Origin: Chlorokybus atmophyticus
Taxonomy: Eukaryota > Plantae > Mesostigma and Chlorokybus algae
Length of the DNA: 64,000 bases
Direction of reading: 5' to 3'
NCBI GenBank assembly: GCA_009103225.1
Contig: RHPI01001737.1
Location: forward strand, 1,037,489-1,101,488
In this document: piece by piece, positions 29,201 through 43,300 of the stretch
How the letters are laid out: every line of letters starts with the position of its first letter
Position numbering within the stretch: position 1 is the first letter of the stretch
Program-made: the position numbers and the translations under genes
Notes under the pieces: generated by a model
Databases searched by the model: none
What the model saw: only the letters and a program-made list of their open reading frames with translations
What the model was told of the DNA's origin: nothing

Positions 29201-31600
29201 CACTAGCTGCGCATCGCGCAAAGCTTATATGGTCAAGTGCTGCATGTGCTTCTCAAAGGTACTGGAGTACACCATAATGTCGTCAAAGAACAATAGTACG
29301 AACTTCTCAATGTGCTTCTTCAACACCTGCGTCATCAGCCTCTGAAAGGTGGCTGTTGCGTTGGTCAAGCCAAAAGGCATGGTGTTGAATGCGTACAGGC
29401 CTGTCTTTATCACGAATGCTATCTTCTCGCGATCACGCGGCTCGACCCACACCCAATGATAGGCTGCCAGCAAGTCCAACTTGCTGAAGTACTTGGCCTT
29501 GCCCACATTGTCAAAAATTTCCTCACATCTGGGCATTGAAAATCTGTCCTTCTTTATGACCTCATGGAGTTTGCGGTAGTGCAAAGCCGCCAACCTCAAC
29601 CATTAGTTTTTTTAGCACCATCACAATTAGCGAAGACCACGAGCTTGATGAGAGACTCACAATGCCAGCCTTCAGCATGTGCTCAACCTCTTCCTCAAAT
29701 TGCTGATCCTTAGCACGTGACGTGCGGTATGCCTTTTGCACAATGGGCCGCGCATCTGCAGTGTCAATAACATGCGTGATCGCGTTTGTGCCTGGCACTT
29801 TGTCACCCAGTACGAACTCGGGCTTGGTAGCAAAAAGGTCATCATACTTGTTAAGCAACGCCGCCACCTATTCTCGCTCGGAGTATGGCAACGCTGTGTT
29901 GATGGGGAGGTCTTGCGCGGTCATGACCTTCTAAGGCTGTGCTGCCCTCAAAACAGGAGCATTAGATGAGGTGAAGGACAACAATGCACCATCTGCGTCT
30001 GTCCCTTCCGGGAAGGTCATGCGCTTGTCTGCAAACGACAGGGTTGCTCCACTCTGGTTCAACCAGTCTGTGCCAATCAGCAAGTCGTCCATTGTGGAGG
30101 GGCTAACGTTTACACGCACAACTTCTGTAACCCCACCAATAGTGAAGGGGAGCTCCTCGAGCACTCCCCAAAAGGCACACTTGTCACCGTTGGCCACCCT
30201 CATGCTCCTTCTTGTGGCTTGCATCATTCCGCGCAGCCCCAATGCACCAACCAGGGTTATGCCCATCAGTGTGCACGATGCCCCCGTGTTTATTACCGCC
30301 TCTACCTCTCGGCCCATAACGGTAATGGCAGCGTACGTCGCGGTATGCTCGACACCCTCGGTCATCACCACGTGCATATCACTTCTCTCAAGCCTTTTGA
30401 GGTCTGCTGCCTGTGTTGAGGGCTTACTTTCAGCAACTGCTTGATGGAGATATTGGCAGTAACATAGTCCAACTGCTCGAGCACATCATAGTTCTCCCCT
30501 TCTGCCACTTATGGTGTAGTGGGCACCTTCACTGCAGGCTTGGTCCATACAGCTGTCACCTCTTTAGGTTATGTACGCAATTGCAGAACCCTCGTGCTTG
30601 AGGTCGGCGTGTGGTGCGCAGCGGTGGTGGCAGGTAGCCCTATAGGCTCAGACACTGTGCTAACTGCCACTATCGTATCATTGCTGTCACTAATTGCCAC
30701 CACCATCGACACTTTTAAGTTTGACCCAACAACCATATTGCCTGGTGTTGCCATTGTTGGCTGTGTGTCTTTGGCCTTGTTTGCTGCCCACTGCGGACAA
30801 TAAGGTTTGATGCAGCCCGCCTTGTGACAATAATAGCAAGATGGGGTGTCAGGTTTGACTACCCCTTTGCCTGCGAGTTGATACCTCCTCGGTTGCTGCG
30901 CGTGAGTTACCACTGTTGCCACATGCACCTTCTGTTCAGCCATCTGCTTCATTATGGCATCCATTTTTTTTGCAACCCTGCCATAGCGGATGACTCCTTT
31001 GCTTGGTCTTTACCAACTTGTGCGGCCTGCAGGATGCCCTCAAAGTACACCGCATCGCTAATGGCCTGCTCCAAATCCTCAGGCCTTCTATTCGTGATCT
31101 TCTCTCGCAAGTCTGGCCTCAAGCCTGTATGAAGCGCGTCTCTTTCCAAGGCTAAAAGAATTCTCCACCCAAGCGGTCCACGAGCTTCTTCAGGTGGTCA
31201 GCATACGTGCACACGCTCTCGGTGAGCCCTTGCATTTTCACATGCAACTTATTCATGTAGATGCTTGGGTCCCCAACATCAAAGCGCTCTCTCATCGCAA
31301 CTTGTAATGCGTCCCATGTGCTGACTTGCCAAGTCATGTACCAAGTCTGTGCCTCATCCCTCAGATGCGTGGCAGCCAACTTGTACGTGACCTCATCATC
31401 CCAGTTATAGACTTTGGCCATCTCCACATGCTTCAACCATGCTATAGCATCCTCATTTAGCCGACCATGAGAGGTGGTAAGTTTTGGCGATGGCAGCACC
31501 ACTCTTGCTGTGTTTTCCCCCTCCATTGTGTTCTTTTGCTGCTTTCTTCCTTGTTGCCGGTCCCACCCCCTCACTCAAACTCAGCTAAGGGTTATCATGC
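26300..31600 (-). mobile_element. Degenerate Ty3/Gypsy retrotransposon (gag, protease, RT, RNase H, integrase)
   Basis: Gag (WLKHVEMAKVYNW), knuckle CYYCHKAGCIKPYC, protease INTGAS (D to N), RT MPFGLTNATATFQRLM...FFDDIMVYS, RNase H TDHRPL, and integrase RVGIDLIG / IQSDNRKEF / NGLVER. There are many stops and frameshifts and no LTR pair was identified. Confidence 0.92.
26882..28066 (-). pseudogene. Gypsy integrase ORF remnant
   Basis: HHCC-like zinc motif and the D,D(35)E core. Confidence 0.85.
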
Positions 31601-32304
31601 CGCTCTGATCTGGTGAGCTGGCGGTCTACAATTTATGTTGTTTGCTTTTTTGGTTTATGGCTAGCCCAAAGAAATTGATTAGAATAATTGTAGAGCATTG
31701 CTGGCAGAGCCTGCAAATACCCCCTTTACCTCAGTGTGAGGCAAGTAATTTCATCAAATTAACTCCCCCCACACATTGATTTGCTTGTTTTTCAAAGTTG
31801 TTGGCATATTTTCTGTTTTTGCAATAATTTCCTCCAAGTCCTTGGTCTCTCAAGGGTGAGTAGGCCGGAGAATAGCATCACTTTGCTAATTTCCCTTTGC
31901 CGTCACGCCACTTGCCGCCGCTGCCGCGCCGTCTGCTCGCAAGCAAAACGATCGTGAAACGCGCAAATCTTAATCGTGTAATGGTATCTAAATTAAGGTT
32001 TCTCTTCCTTTAGTTTAAAACTGAACGGGCCAGTTCCCGCACAATTCCAAAACGTGATTGCAATGTCAATTGTAGCTTCCAACATGCGTTTTGTGCAAAT
32101 TGCAGCCCACCAAAATGTTCGTTGGAATGCAACGCAGCAACCGCTGAAAAATGTTGTTTGCAATCCGTTGAAAAGCGCTGCAAAATGTCCGTGAGATTCC
32201 ATTGCCGCCGCCGAGTCTTAGCCAGTTGCATAGTGAAACCGTCTGCTACCGGCTTAATTTGTCACGAATTGGGATAAATTGTGACAGACCTAACTCATGG
32301 TAGT

Positions 32305-32394
32305 GTCTTTTACTACGATAGCCTAGTGGTCGGGCCCCAATTGTTATAATGGTATTGGAGCTTGACTTCTCAGGTTCAATTCCCGTAGGGGACT
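32305..32394 (+). other. tRNA-like degenerate sequence (Pol III A and B boxes), possibly a tRNA pseudogene or SINE head
   Basis: A-box-like TAGCCTAGTGGTC and B-box GGTTCAATTCC. GTCTTTT/AGGGGAC can pair with GU wobbles. The T stem is broken and no anticodon can be assigned. Confidence 0.3.
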
Positions 32395-32676
32395 GAGGCA
32401 GATCCAAGGCAAAAACAAAAACTTATGGGGCGGCTTGCCCTAGGCTGGGCGCGGGATCACGACTTGCGAGGCCCTGTGTCTTGCATGACCAGCAGCAGCT
32501 GCCACTGCAGTTAGGCGTTCGTGTACCTGATGTACCTACGGCGGCTTGCCCAAGATGTACCGCACATGGCGCAGGACACACGTCCCTACCCCACGCCGCC
32601 TTCCTTGGGGCCGCTTACGCCTTCGCTGGCAACAGCGCAGCTGCGCGTTGCGCCCCACGCTGCTCCGCCAAGTTGC

Positions 32677-32682
32677 TATAAA
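32677..32682 (+). promoter_or_regulatory. TATA box upstream of paralog F
   Basis: TATAAA about 130 nt upstream of the ATG at 32810. Confidence 0.5.
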
Positions 32683-32809
32683 CAGACAGTACTTGCATCA
32701 GTACCCGTGACATATGCTCACATGGCCGTGAGAGAGAAAGCGAGAAAGAGCTAGCAGTCCAGGCATTGTGTGTATCTGTGAGGTGGGCAGATAGTTTAGC
32801 AGTATCAGC

Positions 32810-34997
<2,188 letters not shown>

Positions 34998-35030
34998 CAT
35001 GCGCATGTGTGTGTGCCTCCTTGCAACTAA

Positions 35031-35070
35031 GTATGTATGTATGTATGTATGTATGTATGTATGTATGTAT
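35031..35070. repeat. (GTAT)10 microsatellite just after the paralog F stop
   Basis: Direct reading. Confidence 0.95.
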
Positions 35071-36496
35071 CACTCGTTTGCAGTCCTGTTGTGACGTCGA
35101 TTGGGCTGGACTAAGTGACAACAGCAAATGAGGCGCATGCTAGTATGCCAGTATGCGTTGGGTTGGAGTATGCAATCTCACCGTCAAACAGTCTTTGTAT
35201 TCCAGGAATAGGGCACCTGCGACAGGTACACGTACGTAAGGGTCGTAGCCTTGGCCTGCAGTGTTGTCGGTTTAGGAGGATATGCAAGACAGTGCGCGTA
35301 AGATAGCGCCAATGACAACATGGTGGTGTATCATCATTATCAGTTCTGGATGTTGTGCTGTCACGTACGCTGCTGCTGCCAAGTGCTTGTTTGCAAGAAG
35401 AAGCCTGTAGGATTCTATGCGAGCAGTTTCCTCGTGTGTGTACACTGTGATGGCATGCTGGTGTGACCATGTTGTGGTGTGCATGCGCGAGCACACTTTC
35501 ATCATCAACACACGCCTGTATCCATGACGATGCTTCATCAGACAAACGCGTCACTGTGAAGTTTGTGGACAACCATGTAGTCTATCAGGTAAACTGTCAG
35601 TGTCAACCAACGACAAGCCTGCCTAATTGTGCTTTGATGTTGCCCATAGCACTACAGTTTTCTGGCTGGATTCAGACGTTGCAATATCAGTTGCATGCAG
35701 CTTGAAAACAGTTACAAAGTGTTGACACAAGAACGTCTTAAAATGTCAGTCTCAGTGTCAGACATTAACGACTTAAACGCATGCTCTTCGCTAGCTCTCC
35801 TACCGTTAGCAGTGGTGCTAACTTTCAGTCGTAACGAACTGAAACTGCACTGCGTGCATGTTGAGGCTTACAATGACACTTTGGTTGTTGAGCAATTCCA
35901 TGAATTTTAATTCACAGGCATTTTCTTATACACATATCTATTATCAAATTGCTACTAATCAGCGCTGACTAAAAGATTGTATCACTACACAAGCCTGCCG
36001 CATTGCCCAATACACGAGTAAAGCAGCTTGGCTCGTCTGAAGAATGCCGAAGTATACCAAACTCCCACGCTTCTGCAGTCAGACACAGCCATATACACAG
36101 ATAGAACAACATGCACACATAACACACATGTACTCACCATCTGCGCGCGCGTGCGTGCGTGCGTATGCATGTGCGCGTGCGCCTGCGCCTGCGCATGTGT
36201 GTGTGCCTTCTCTTGCATTGATAACGATGTTGCAGCAGCATAGCGGTGCCTTGCAGCACTCACGATCAGAACCTTGCAACGAAAACCGGGATGCTCAAAG
36301 CCGCAAGCAAACCACGCATGCATGTGTATACTGCTGCTCCGCTCATGCGCTCACCTGCTTTGCAGCGCGTTCGGCCCGTTGTTTGCCATGTAACTGTCGT
36401 GAAACCCATCGCCATAGCATAGTAGCGATGTAATCTCCGCCTGAAATGCGACCTTGTCATTATCGAGACCAAACGCCTACCCTCTGACATGGACCT

Positions 36497-36610
36497 TGTC
36501 GTGCCTTCCCGCATCGTGACTCGAACTCATCGTAAACCTCCTTGCCATGCATGTACGCATGCTATTATACACCATGAGACCATGTCATGCTGCCTCATGC
36601 ACCATCTCTC
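36497..36610 (-). repeat. R2, terminal copy (114 bp); the element strand ends in CA
   Basis: Identical by eye to 37164-37277. Confidence 0.95.
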
Positions 36611-37161
36611 AAGAACCTCTTCCCAAAGGTGTTGCTTGCACTCCAGTAGGCCAACTTGCATCCAACCAAACTAGGAAACAGGCTAGCAAAGCCTTATATA
36701 CCACCGTTGAGCTCAAGCCCAACCAACTCTCCAACTACCCTAACTGTCAATCTGCACCAGCATAGTAACAGTCATGGTGGCGTTGATAAGTAACGGTAAA
36801 CAGTTAGGAAAGGCTTATCCAAGCTCATCCTCTTCAAGTACACTTCAAGACGCATCTTTTAACGCCAACCCATGGCCAAACCGCCACTCCAACTGTAAGT
36901 TACGGCTTCTCAAAGTCACAACTCCGAAACAGCTGTGCGAGATACCATAGTGACCCAAATATGCTGTCAGCTCCGTATCTGACTGTAGATACGCCTCGAA
37001 CACACCTCCCTCACGTCCATGAGGACCCAAACATGAGTTCCCAATGAAAACCCAACACATAAACCCTGTAAAATGGCTATGAGAGCCAAAATCCCAAGGT
37101 CCATCCATGTCGCCAGCCCCGAGGGCATCATGCACATGACACTACATGCTCGCGCATGACA
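36610..37161 (-). repeat. R1, internal/3' copy (552 bp); the element strand starts with TG
   Basis: Matches 44751-45302 with about four substitutions by eye. Confidence 0.95.
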
Positions 37162-37163
37162 GC

Positions 37164-37277
37164 TGTCGTGCCTTCCCGCATCGTGACTCGAACTCATCGT
37201 AAACCTCCTTGCCATGCATGTACGCATGCTATTATACACCATGAGACCATGTCATGCTGCCTCATGCACCATCTCTC
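37164..37277 (-). repeat. R2, internal copy (114 bp)
   Basis: Identical to 36497-36610 and separated from R1 by GC. Confidence 0.95.
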
Positions 37278-37375
37278 ATCACATGAAGTTGACACACGCA
37301 TGAAAGATGCGTGTCACCACCCCCTGCAGCTGAGCGCCAACGCCCTCGTGCGCCTTCAGCTGACTCACACGCTAC

Positions 37376-40300
37376 TCAAGTCCTCGTACACGCTGGACAA
37401 TACCATGTCCCATCAGGGATCTCCTCAACTGGTGGACGAAGGCACTCCATGTGCCAACCGGCAACACACCCGTCGCACAGCAGCATGGTGTCCCAGCCTT
37501 CCGCTCGGCCACACCGCTCACAACGGTGGCCCACATCTGGTATTGCCAGAGCCGGATCCACACTGTCATCCACGTTTGGCAGATGGCAAGGAGCGCAGCT
37601 CTTCATGTGCTCCTTAGTGGTCCTGGCATCAGCTCCCTCTAACAACAACACACCGTTGTTGAGAAGCTTCTTCACACGAAGGATGGTGCGGCTCGCACTC
37701 GTATCCAACGTGTCCTTGGTCTTTCTCTGCAGGTAGACAAAGTCTCCGGGCTGAAACTTCTGCAGTCTTGGCTTGTAGAAGCCACTCCTCACCCTGGCAT
37801 AGCGCAGCGTGTCGCGGTGTTGTGCCACTTGCAAGTTGCCAAGTGCAATCGGCATCACACACCGGAACAGCTCCGCACGCTTTGCCATCTCCTTCTCCCA
37901 CACATTGGGATCCTCCAAGTCAAGCTCCTGCTCAACCTGTCTCCGGATTGATGTTGGCAATATGGGCTCTCTCCCATACAACAAAAAATAGGGGCTGTAT
38001 GAGCTCAACGCAGCCTGCCGCGTCATGCGATAGCCCATTGCCAACCATGGCAACGCCAAGTCCCAGTCTCTCTTGTTGTGGTTGAGACAGTACTTGCGAA
38101 GCCCTTTCTTCACCACCTGTACCATTCGCTCAGCAAGCCCATCGGCTTGAGGATGGTCACGAGAAGTCCTTCGATGGTCGATAAAGGCTTGCGCCAACAA
38201 GTCATCGAACTGGCCACGAAACTCGGTGCCTTGGTCAGTGAGAACCTCAGCACAAGCACCGAATCTGCTAAGGACTTGATCAAGGAAAGCCTCAGCCACA
38301 AGCTTGCTCTCCTTCGATGGCAGCGCCACGACCTCGACCCACTTGGAGAAGTGCTCTATCATCACGAGCACGTAGCGGTTGCCTCTCTTGCTGACTGGTA
38401 GATCTCCGGCCAGGTCTAGGCTCCACCGATAGAAAAGTCCTTGAATAGGTAGAGGGTGCAGCTGTGGGTGCTTGGCATTGAAGCTTGCCTTCACTCTGTC
38501 GCACTCCACACAGCTTGCAACAACTTCCGCCACGGTAGACTTCATGCCAGCCCACCAATATGCTGATTGCACGAGCCCAAGTGTCCTCTTGACACCAAAG
38601 TGGCCCATCCTCTCATGAAGCAGCTCCACAAGCGGCTTCCTCTCATGTGGTTGAGGCACAATCCTCACACCTCCATCCGGCATCAAGCGCACAAGGTGGT
38701 TTCCCTCCCATCGATAGCGTTGCGCGCGTTGCCACACGCGATCTCGCGTCGCCGTGCTGCAACCAGCTTGGAACAGCCCGGTTTTGAGGTGAGCAAGCAC
38801 TTGCTCATCCCTCCAAATGTCCTTTGAAGCCTCGGCTTCCTCCCATTCAATGTCATTGATCGTTGGGGCTGGTGCAGCCTCCAAAGGCGGCATTACACCA
38901 TTGTTGTCGCTCTCTCCAGCTGCGTTTGCGCGCATGGATGCGCATGCTTCCACCGAACCCGCCAACACCAGCAAAGAAGCCACACGGTAGGCCAAAAACC
39001 CAGCCACGGGCATACCATAGTCATGCCTCGCCTCACTCTCATCCAACAATGAAGGGTTTGGGTTCCTACTCAGCCCATCCGCGTCCATGTTGTCAACACC
39101 AGCTCGGTGCTCAATCTCAAACTCATACTCTTGCAGTATGAGCGCCCACCTGGCATGCTTCCCCGTGAGCTTGTCATTGGTCATCAACCACTTCAAGGGC
39201 TGGTGGTCGGTGATGAGTGTGAAGGGACGGCCATAGAGGAACGGTCTGAAGTGAACTATGGCCCAAACTACTGCCAAACACTCCCCCTCATATGAGCTGT
39301 AGTTTGCCTCAGCGTTATTGTTGCTTCGGCTGCCATACGCGACCACATACTCCTTCCCATCATCATCCTTTTGACACAACACGGCCCCAATGCCCAAACG
39401 GCTCCAATCCGTGTGCAGAATGAAGGGACGGTTGTAGTCCGCCCGTCTCAACACCGGCGCGGTGCACAGCTTCTCCTTGAGAAGCTCAAAGGCACGTTGG
39501 CACTCCTCCGACCAGCACCAGGCCTTGTCCTTCTTCAACAACTCATTTAAGGGCTTAGCAATCTTGCTATACCCCTCCACGAACCTCCGATAGTAGTTCG
39601 CCAAGCCGAGGAACGCTCGAAGCCGGCTAATGTCCGTCGGTGCGGGCACTTGCACCAAGGCATCCACCTTTGCTTGCTGCACACGGACGCCATCCGGCAC
39701 TATCTCATGGCCGAGATACGGGATGCGATCAGCTCCAAACAAGCACTTCTCCGGGTGACACCTCATGCCGCTCTCGCGCACGCGCTCGAACACGCGCTCC
39801 AAGTGCACGAGATGCTCCTCCATCGTGTGGCTAAACACCAAGATGTCATCTATGTAGCACCTTGCGAAGGGTAGACCACGAAGCACACGGTCCATCACAC
39901 GCTGAAACTTCACAGGCGCATTCTTCAAGCCGAATGGCATGACCTTCCATTGGTAGAGCTGGTCCACTCCCCAAAACGCTGTCTTGCCACAATCCTCGGG
40001 CTTGATGGCGATCTGGTTGAAGCCCTGCCTCAAGTCCACGATGGAGAACACCTTTGCATCACCGATGTCATCAAAGATAGCCTCAGGGATAGGCATAGGG
40101 TACCGATCAGCCTTGGTCTTCTCATTGAGAGGCCGATAGTCACCACACATCCTTCTCGAGGTCCAGTTTCCTTGTGCATCTTTCTTCAACGGCAACACCG
40201 TCGCCGCCGCGAAGTCCGAGGTTGACTCCTCAATGAGTCCGGCCTCCAACAAGTCAGCACACTTTTCTGCCACAAACTCCTTCTCCACCTTGCTCAGCCG

Positions 40301-43300
40301 ATACTGCCGACGAAAGATGGGCTCTGGAGAGGTCAACTCAATGTCCATTGTGTAGAAGTTGCAAACTCCCAACTCCTTGGTAGAGTAGGCGAAGCAGTCA
40401 CGCTTGCGCGCCAGCAACGCCTCGAGCCACTCACGCTCATGTGGTGTCACATGCTCGCCTATACACCACTCCATGGTCTGGTCGGTGGCCTTCTCCTGCT
40501 TCAAGGCACCATCTACAGCCGCTTTCTTGCCACTTGCAGCTGTCACAGGCGAAAAAGACACCCCCTTACTCTCCTCATCATGTACACCATGCTCCCACCC
40601 CCTCGACAGAGGCGCAGGCTCCCGACGTGCTTGCTGTCGCATCGGCATGATGCTTGCTACTAACTCCTGTGCCGCCAAGCAGACAACCATCAGCCACACC
40701 ATGCTGTTCTGGTCCATGGCTTGTCCTAGCAGCACACGGCGCTGTTGTTCACTTAATCCCGGCGCCGCTGTCGCACCGGACAAGAACCCCATCGCACGCT
40801 CGCGCTCACCAGCTGTTGGCTCTTCCAACCTGCTGTTCTGTGAGTCCCACACCAGCCCTGGCCCTCCCTTGCGGAATGCATAAGAGCCTGGGTATGTCAC
40901 CAATGTCGGCAGCGCCGCCATGTCGTGCCCGACCTGGTTCACCATTTCTTGAGGCGGCCGATCAGCCTTGCTGACCTGTTGTGCTGTGCGCCCATGCTCC
41001 AGCACCTGGTTGACTGTCAAACCTTGCGGTCTAGAGTACTCTTGCTGCACCGTGCGAAGCAACTCAACCGGCGCGAGGTTTGTCCACTTCACACGCAGCC
41101 GATGCGCGCGCGAACCATGCCGTGCCGCATCCATGACCAGCTCATGGCCTAGCACATGTCTCACCAGCTGATAGTCTTCTCGCACGCGCTTGCGCTTGTC
41201 ATCTTCAGCTGGTACATTCTCGACGATGTACGCCATGGGCTGCTCTTGTCCTTGCTGAATCCTGTTGATGATGCGCACTAACTCCCAAAACAATGACGAG
41301 CGCGCATCCATCAATCCTTTGCCATGACCAGCCCGTGAATGCCCTTGGCATTCCCACCCGGCTACAAGCAAATGCACATGGCCGATAGCTGCAAGTTGAT
41401 GTGGCCCTATCAAGCAAATGTCTTGCGACCATGTGCTTTGAAAGCCCTTCACCGCATCCTCATGTAGCAGATCTGGATACTTCTTCAACAACATCCTCAC
41501 ATGATGTTGTGCACCTTGTTGCGCCGTTGGTGAAGGGTCCACATAGATATAGCGCCGCACCTTGATGCCGGCGTTCAACGCGGCCGCAAGCCCACTTGCA
41601 ATGCCACCGAACAGCTCCACCATCACAACACCCTCCTCGGGGACCTTCCACTCGACAGTGTTGTAGTTGATAGGCGGATGAACAGCTCTCACACCCTCGG
41701 GCAGCAATGGCGGCTCCAATGCCATCACATCCTTCATCCACGCTTGGCTAACCTTGTCTTGAGCCTCTTGTTGCCGCTGAGCACGATGTTGTGAAGCCAA
41801 CTCCAGCTCTTGTGACTGAGTTTGCGCCATATAGACCAGCTCCGGAGGTCTCCCCTCCTCCATGTGTGCGAGGACACTCTCCCCCTCCTCCACATGGTCA
41901 TAGTACATGTCGGTGCTGTCACCAAGCCATCCCTTGACTGAACGGCGACTCAAGCACGCCCACACAGCAGATGCAGAGGTTGGAGACCTCTCAAGACCCC
42001 CTTGTGTGATGCTCAACGGAAAATAGGCCTTCTCCCCTCCACCCACACGCCAACGCGGCCGAAAGAACCCTTGTTCGATCCAATTGTCAACGCCGCCGCC
42101 GACGGGGAACAAGAAGTCTTGTCCGAGCAGCACATCGTACCCCTTCGCATCCGTGATGAGGCATCGAACCTTGAAGGACGTGGTAGCACCTCCCACCGCA
42201 GTCAAGCATATATCCACCGGCTGCACCGTTATGCTGCACACGGCCTCTACGGTCCCCGCCGAGGTATTGATCATGACCGGGCATGGCTCCCACTCCTTGG
42301 GGCTGAGTCCCATCCCCTTGACAGCTCTAGCACCCAAAATGACAGGTTGTGCACCTGTATCCACCAAGACAACATCTGGCACGAAGCCGTCTAGGCTGAT
42401 GTGCCCCCCACGGTTGTCCACCATCGCCACATTCGGCGATATCTTCTCTCTCAAGGCCGGCCGAGTGGCGGGAAGCATTGCCAACATCCCTCCTACACTC
42501 CCCACACCTTCCTCCAGCTTGTCTTCAAGCTGAGTGAGAGAACTCGACGCCGACGCGGACCCCTCGGGCGCCGCCAGCTCCGCGCGCGCAACCATACGGC
42601 CTGCTTGCGCCACCATATCTTCATGAGACTTGCTCATATGGTCATGAGACTTTGTCGAGGCAGTCCTAGTGGTGTCTAGAGCACTTTGCAACAGCTCCAC
42701 CACGTGTTCCTTGCTGACTCCAAGGTCCTTCAAGCAAACAAGCGGCTGCCCGACCAGCTCCGCCGCAACGCTCTCCAACGGCGCCGTCAACTCCAAGTTT
42801 TCTTCATTGGCTTGAGTTGCGGGCTGTTGGGAAAGCATCTTGGCACCCTCGAGAAGCTTTACACACATCTGTAGCAGCTCCCCCACTCTCTTGTGCTCAC
42901 CACCGCCACCGACGCCGACATCATGTCGCGCCGTTGCCGTAGCAGTCGGCTGCACTTTCGCACCCTCCGAGCGCGAACTCTCTTGCTCCAACGGGGTTGT
43001 TGGCAGCAACTTAAATGACATAGGCATGCGTGCAGCTGGTGCCCGCATCCTATCATGATCCACACCCTCCTCGCGGACGGGCGCGGCCTCCTCCTCAACC
43101 ATCCTAGTCGGGGGAGCTGGTGCAGCGTTTCGGCGTGCCGACGCTCTCGTCGTCGCAACCGCTGCCACCTTAGTGCCTCCGGAGAGCGCACTATACGCGA
43201 GGTAACCTCCGGAGCTGCTTGGCTTATCCTCCGCTCCTCTCTCGGGCCATTTCCCTCGCTCGAGCATGCTCTTCAACGATGCATACTCCGATTGCATTGC

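Noticed and set aside
31600-31612. tRNA-iMet PBS
   Set aside because: Only the ATCAGAGC part matches. The TGGT end is missing and no LTR edge is adjacent.
26080-32290. LTR pair for the decayed Gypsy
   Set aside because: Only short matches exist (GCTGCAAAA.GTCCGT, AAATTGTGAC), with inconsistent spacing and no TSD.
36497-37277. Solo LTR or nested insertion as the explanation for R2-R1-R2
   Set aside because: A 114-bp duplication is far too long for a TSD. The single ACCT TSD encloses the entire 36497-45302 unit, and the 5' R1 lacks R2. A one-off RT error is not excluded.
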